From: Eledone cirrhosa
Taxonomy: Eukaryota
Assembly: GCA_964016885.1 (NCBI GenBank)
Contig: OZ024742.1
Coordinates: 200,260,001 to 200,324,000 of the forward strand
DNA length: 64,000 nucleotides
Reading direction: 5' to 3'
This document shows, in pieces, positions 62,600 through 64,000 of this stretch (positions are counted from its first letter, which is position 1; the number at the start of each line of letters is the position of its first letter). The notes under the pieces were generated by a model. That model was not told where the DNA came from and made no database searches. It saw only the letters and a program-made list of their open reading frames with translations. The translations under genes and the position numbers were made by a program.

Positions 62600-63990
62600 A
62601 GGATAGCACCATCATTTTTTTCAGTGACAGGAAGCAGGATTTGAACTCAGAATGAAATGAGGCAGGACAAATGCTACAAAGCATTTGTCCAACACACTAC
62701 TGATTTTCCTAAACCACCACCCACCTTAATAACAATAATAGTTTCAAATTTAGGTACAAGGTCAGAAATTTAAGTGAAGAGGAAATTTGATTAAATTTAC
62801 CCCAGTGCTCATCTGGTAATATATTCCATCAATGATGGAAGAATGAAAGGCTAAGTTGGACTTGGCAGGATTTGAACACAAAATATAGAGGTCGATAACT
62901 AAACACTGCAAGATATTTTATCCACAGTAATAGTTATTTCTAACATAGGCACAAAGCCAGCAATTTGAGAGAAGGGGAAAATCGATATCGACCTCAGTAC
63001 TTAACTGGTATTATTTTATTGACTAGGGTGGTGGATTGGCAGTATCGGTAGAGGGTCTGACGCCATGCTTTGCAGCATAGTTACGTCCCTTTACGATCTG
63101 AGTTCAAATCCCGCCAAGGTTGACTTTGCCTTTCATCCTTACGGGGTCGATAAAATAAAGTACCAGTAATGCACTGGGTAATTGCTGGCCTTGTGCCTAA
63201 AGTAGAAACAATTATTTTATTGACTACAAAAGGGTGATGGCAAAATTGACCGTGTCAGATTTTGAACTCAGAATGTAGAAAAAGTCAAAATGAAATACAG
63301 GAAAGCATTTTGTCTTACAATCAATCTATACTGCCAATCCACCACATTTTCACAATAACAATGGTTTCTGATTTAGGCAACAAGGCCAACAATTTTGGGG
63401 GAACGGAAAGTTGATTAAATCAACCCCTGTAAGGATGAAAGGCAAAGCTAACCTTGGTGGGATTTGAACTCAGAACATAAAGAGCAGTAAATCTGCCACG
63501 AAGCATCATGTCCAACGCTCTACCCATACTTCTAATTCACTGCCCTTTTCACAATAATAATAATGATTTCTGATTTAGAGACAAGGAAGTCGATTATATT
63601 AATCCCACTACATTACTGGTACTTTATGTTATCAAACAAAGTTAACCTCGGCGGGAAGGCCAGCAATTAAACCAGTGCATTACTGGTACTTTATTTTTAT
63701 GACCCCGTAAGGATGAAAGGCAAACTTAACCTCGGCGGGATTTGAACTCAGAACGCAAAGGGCCATAACTCCACGCTGCAAAGCATGGTGTCTGAATGCT
63801 CTACTGATACAGCCAATTCAAAGTTTCCAATTTCAGCAAAAGGCCAGCAATTATTTTGATAGAGTGGGAGCCAAGGAGGAAGTATTTGTATTTTATCAAC
63901 CCCAGAAAGATGAAAGGCAAAGCTGACCTTGGCAGGATCTAATCACAAAGTAAACAAACACTGCCATGCATTTGTCCAACACTCTAGTGA
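62600..63990. mobile_element. Dense cluster of old and young SINEs; young copy at 63027-63210 (+) with TSD TTATTTTATTGACTA
   Basis: Multiple family matches in both orientations. Confidence 0.8.
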
Positions 63991-64000
63991 CTTTGACAAT

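Overview
AT-rich, microsatellite-dense eukaryotic DNA. The SINE and LINE content suggests an octopus or other cephalopod (inference). Two intron-containing host genes were reconstructed from GT-AG splice sites with consistent phase. (1) The 3' part of an unidentified coiled-coil protein gene on + (6 exons, 601-21247). (2) The 3' seven exons of NOP2/NSUN1, an rRNA m5C methyltransferase, on - (62363-43073). The rest is transposons and repeats: an intact ~1.1k-aa RTE LINE with three C-terminal C2H2 fingers plus truncated and internally deleted relatives, a decayed R4/Dong-like element, a Tx1/L1 3' end, a Penelope GIY-YIG fragment, a Chapaev3 element with TAA TSD, nested piggyBac elements and MITEs, many tRNA-derived SINEs, and a G-rich 71-bp minisatellite. 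Two observations stand out. First, several short non-coding, mostly fold-back elements in or beside (TA)n tracts carry hammerhead ribozyme folds, often on both strands. Second, one SINE copy just upstream of the intact RTE has a strand-specific A>G hypermutation pattern matching ADAR context preference. All alignments, folds and counts were made by eye.
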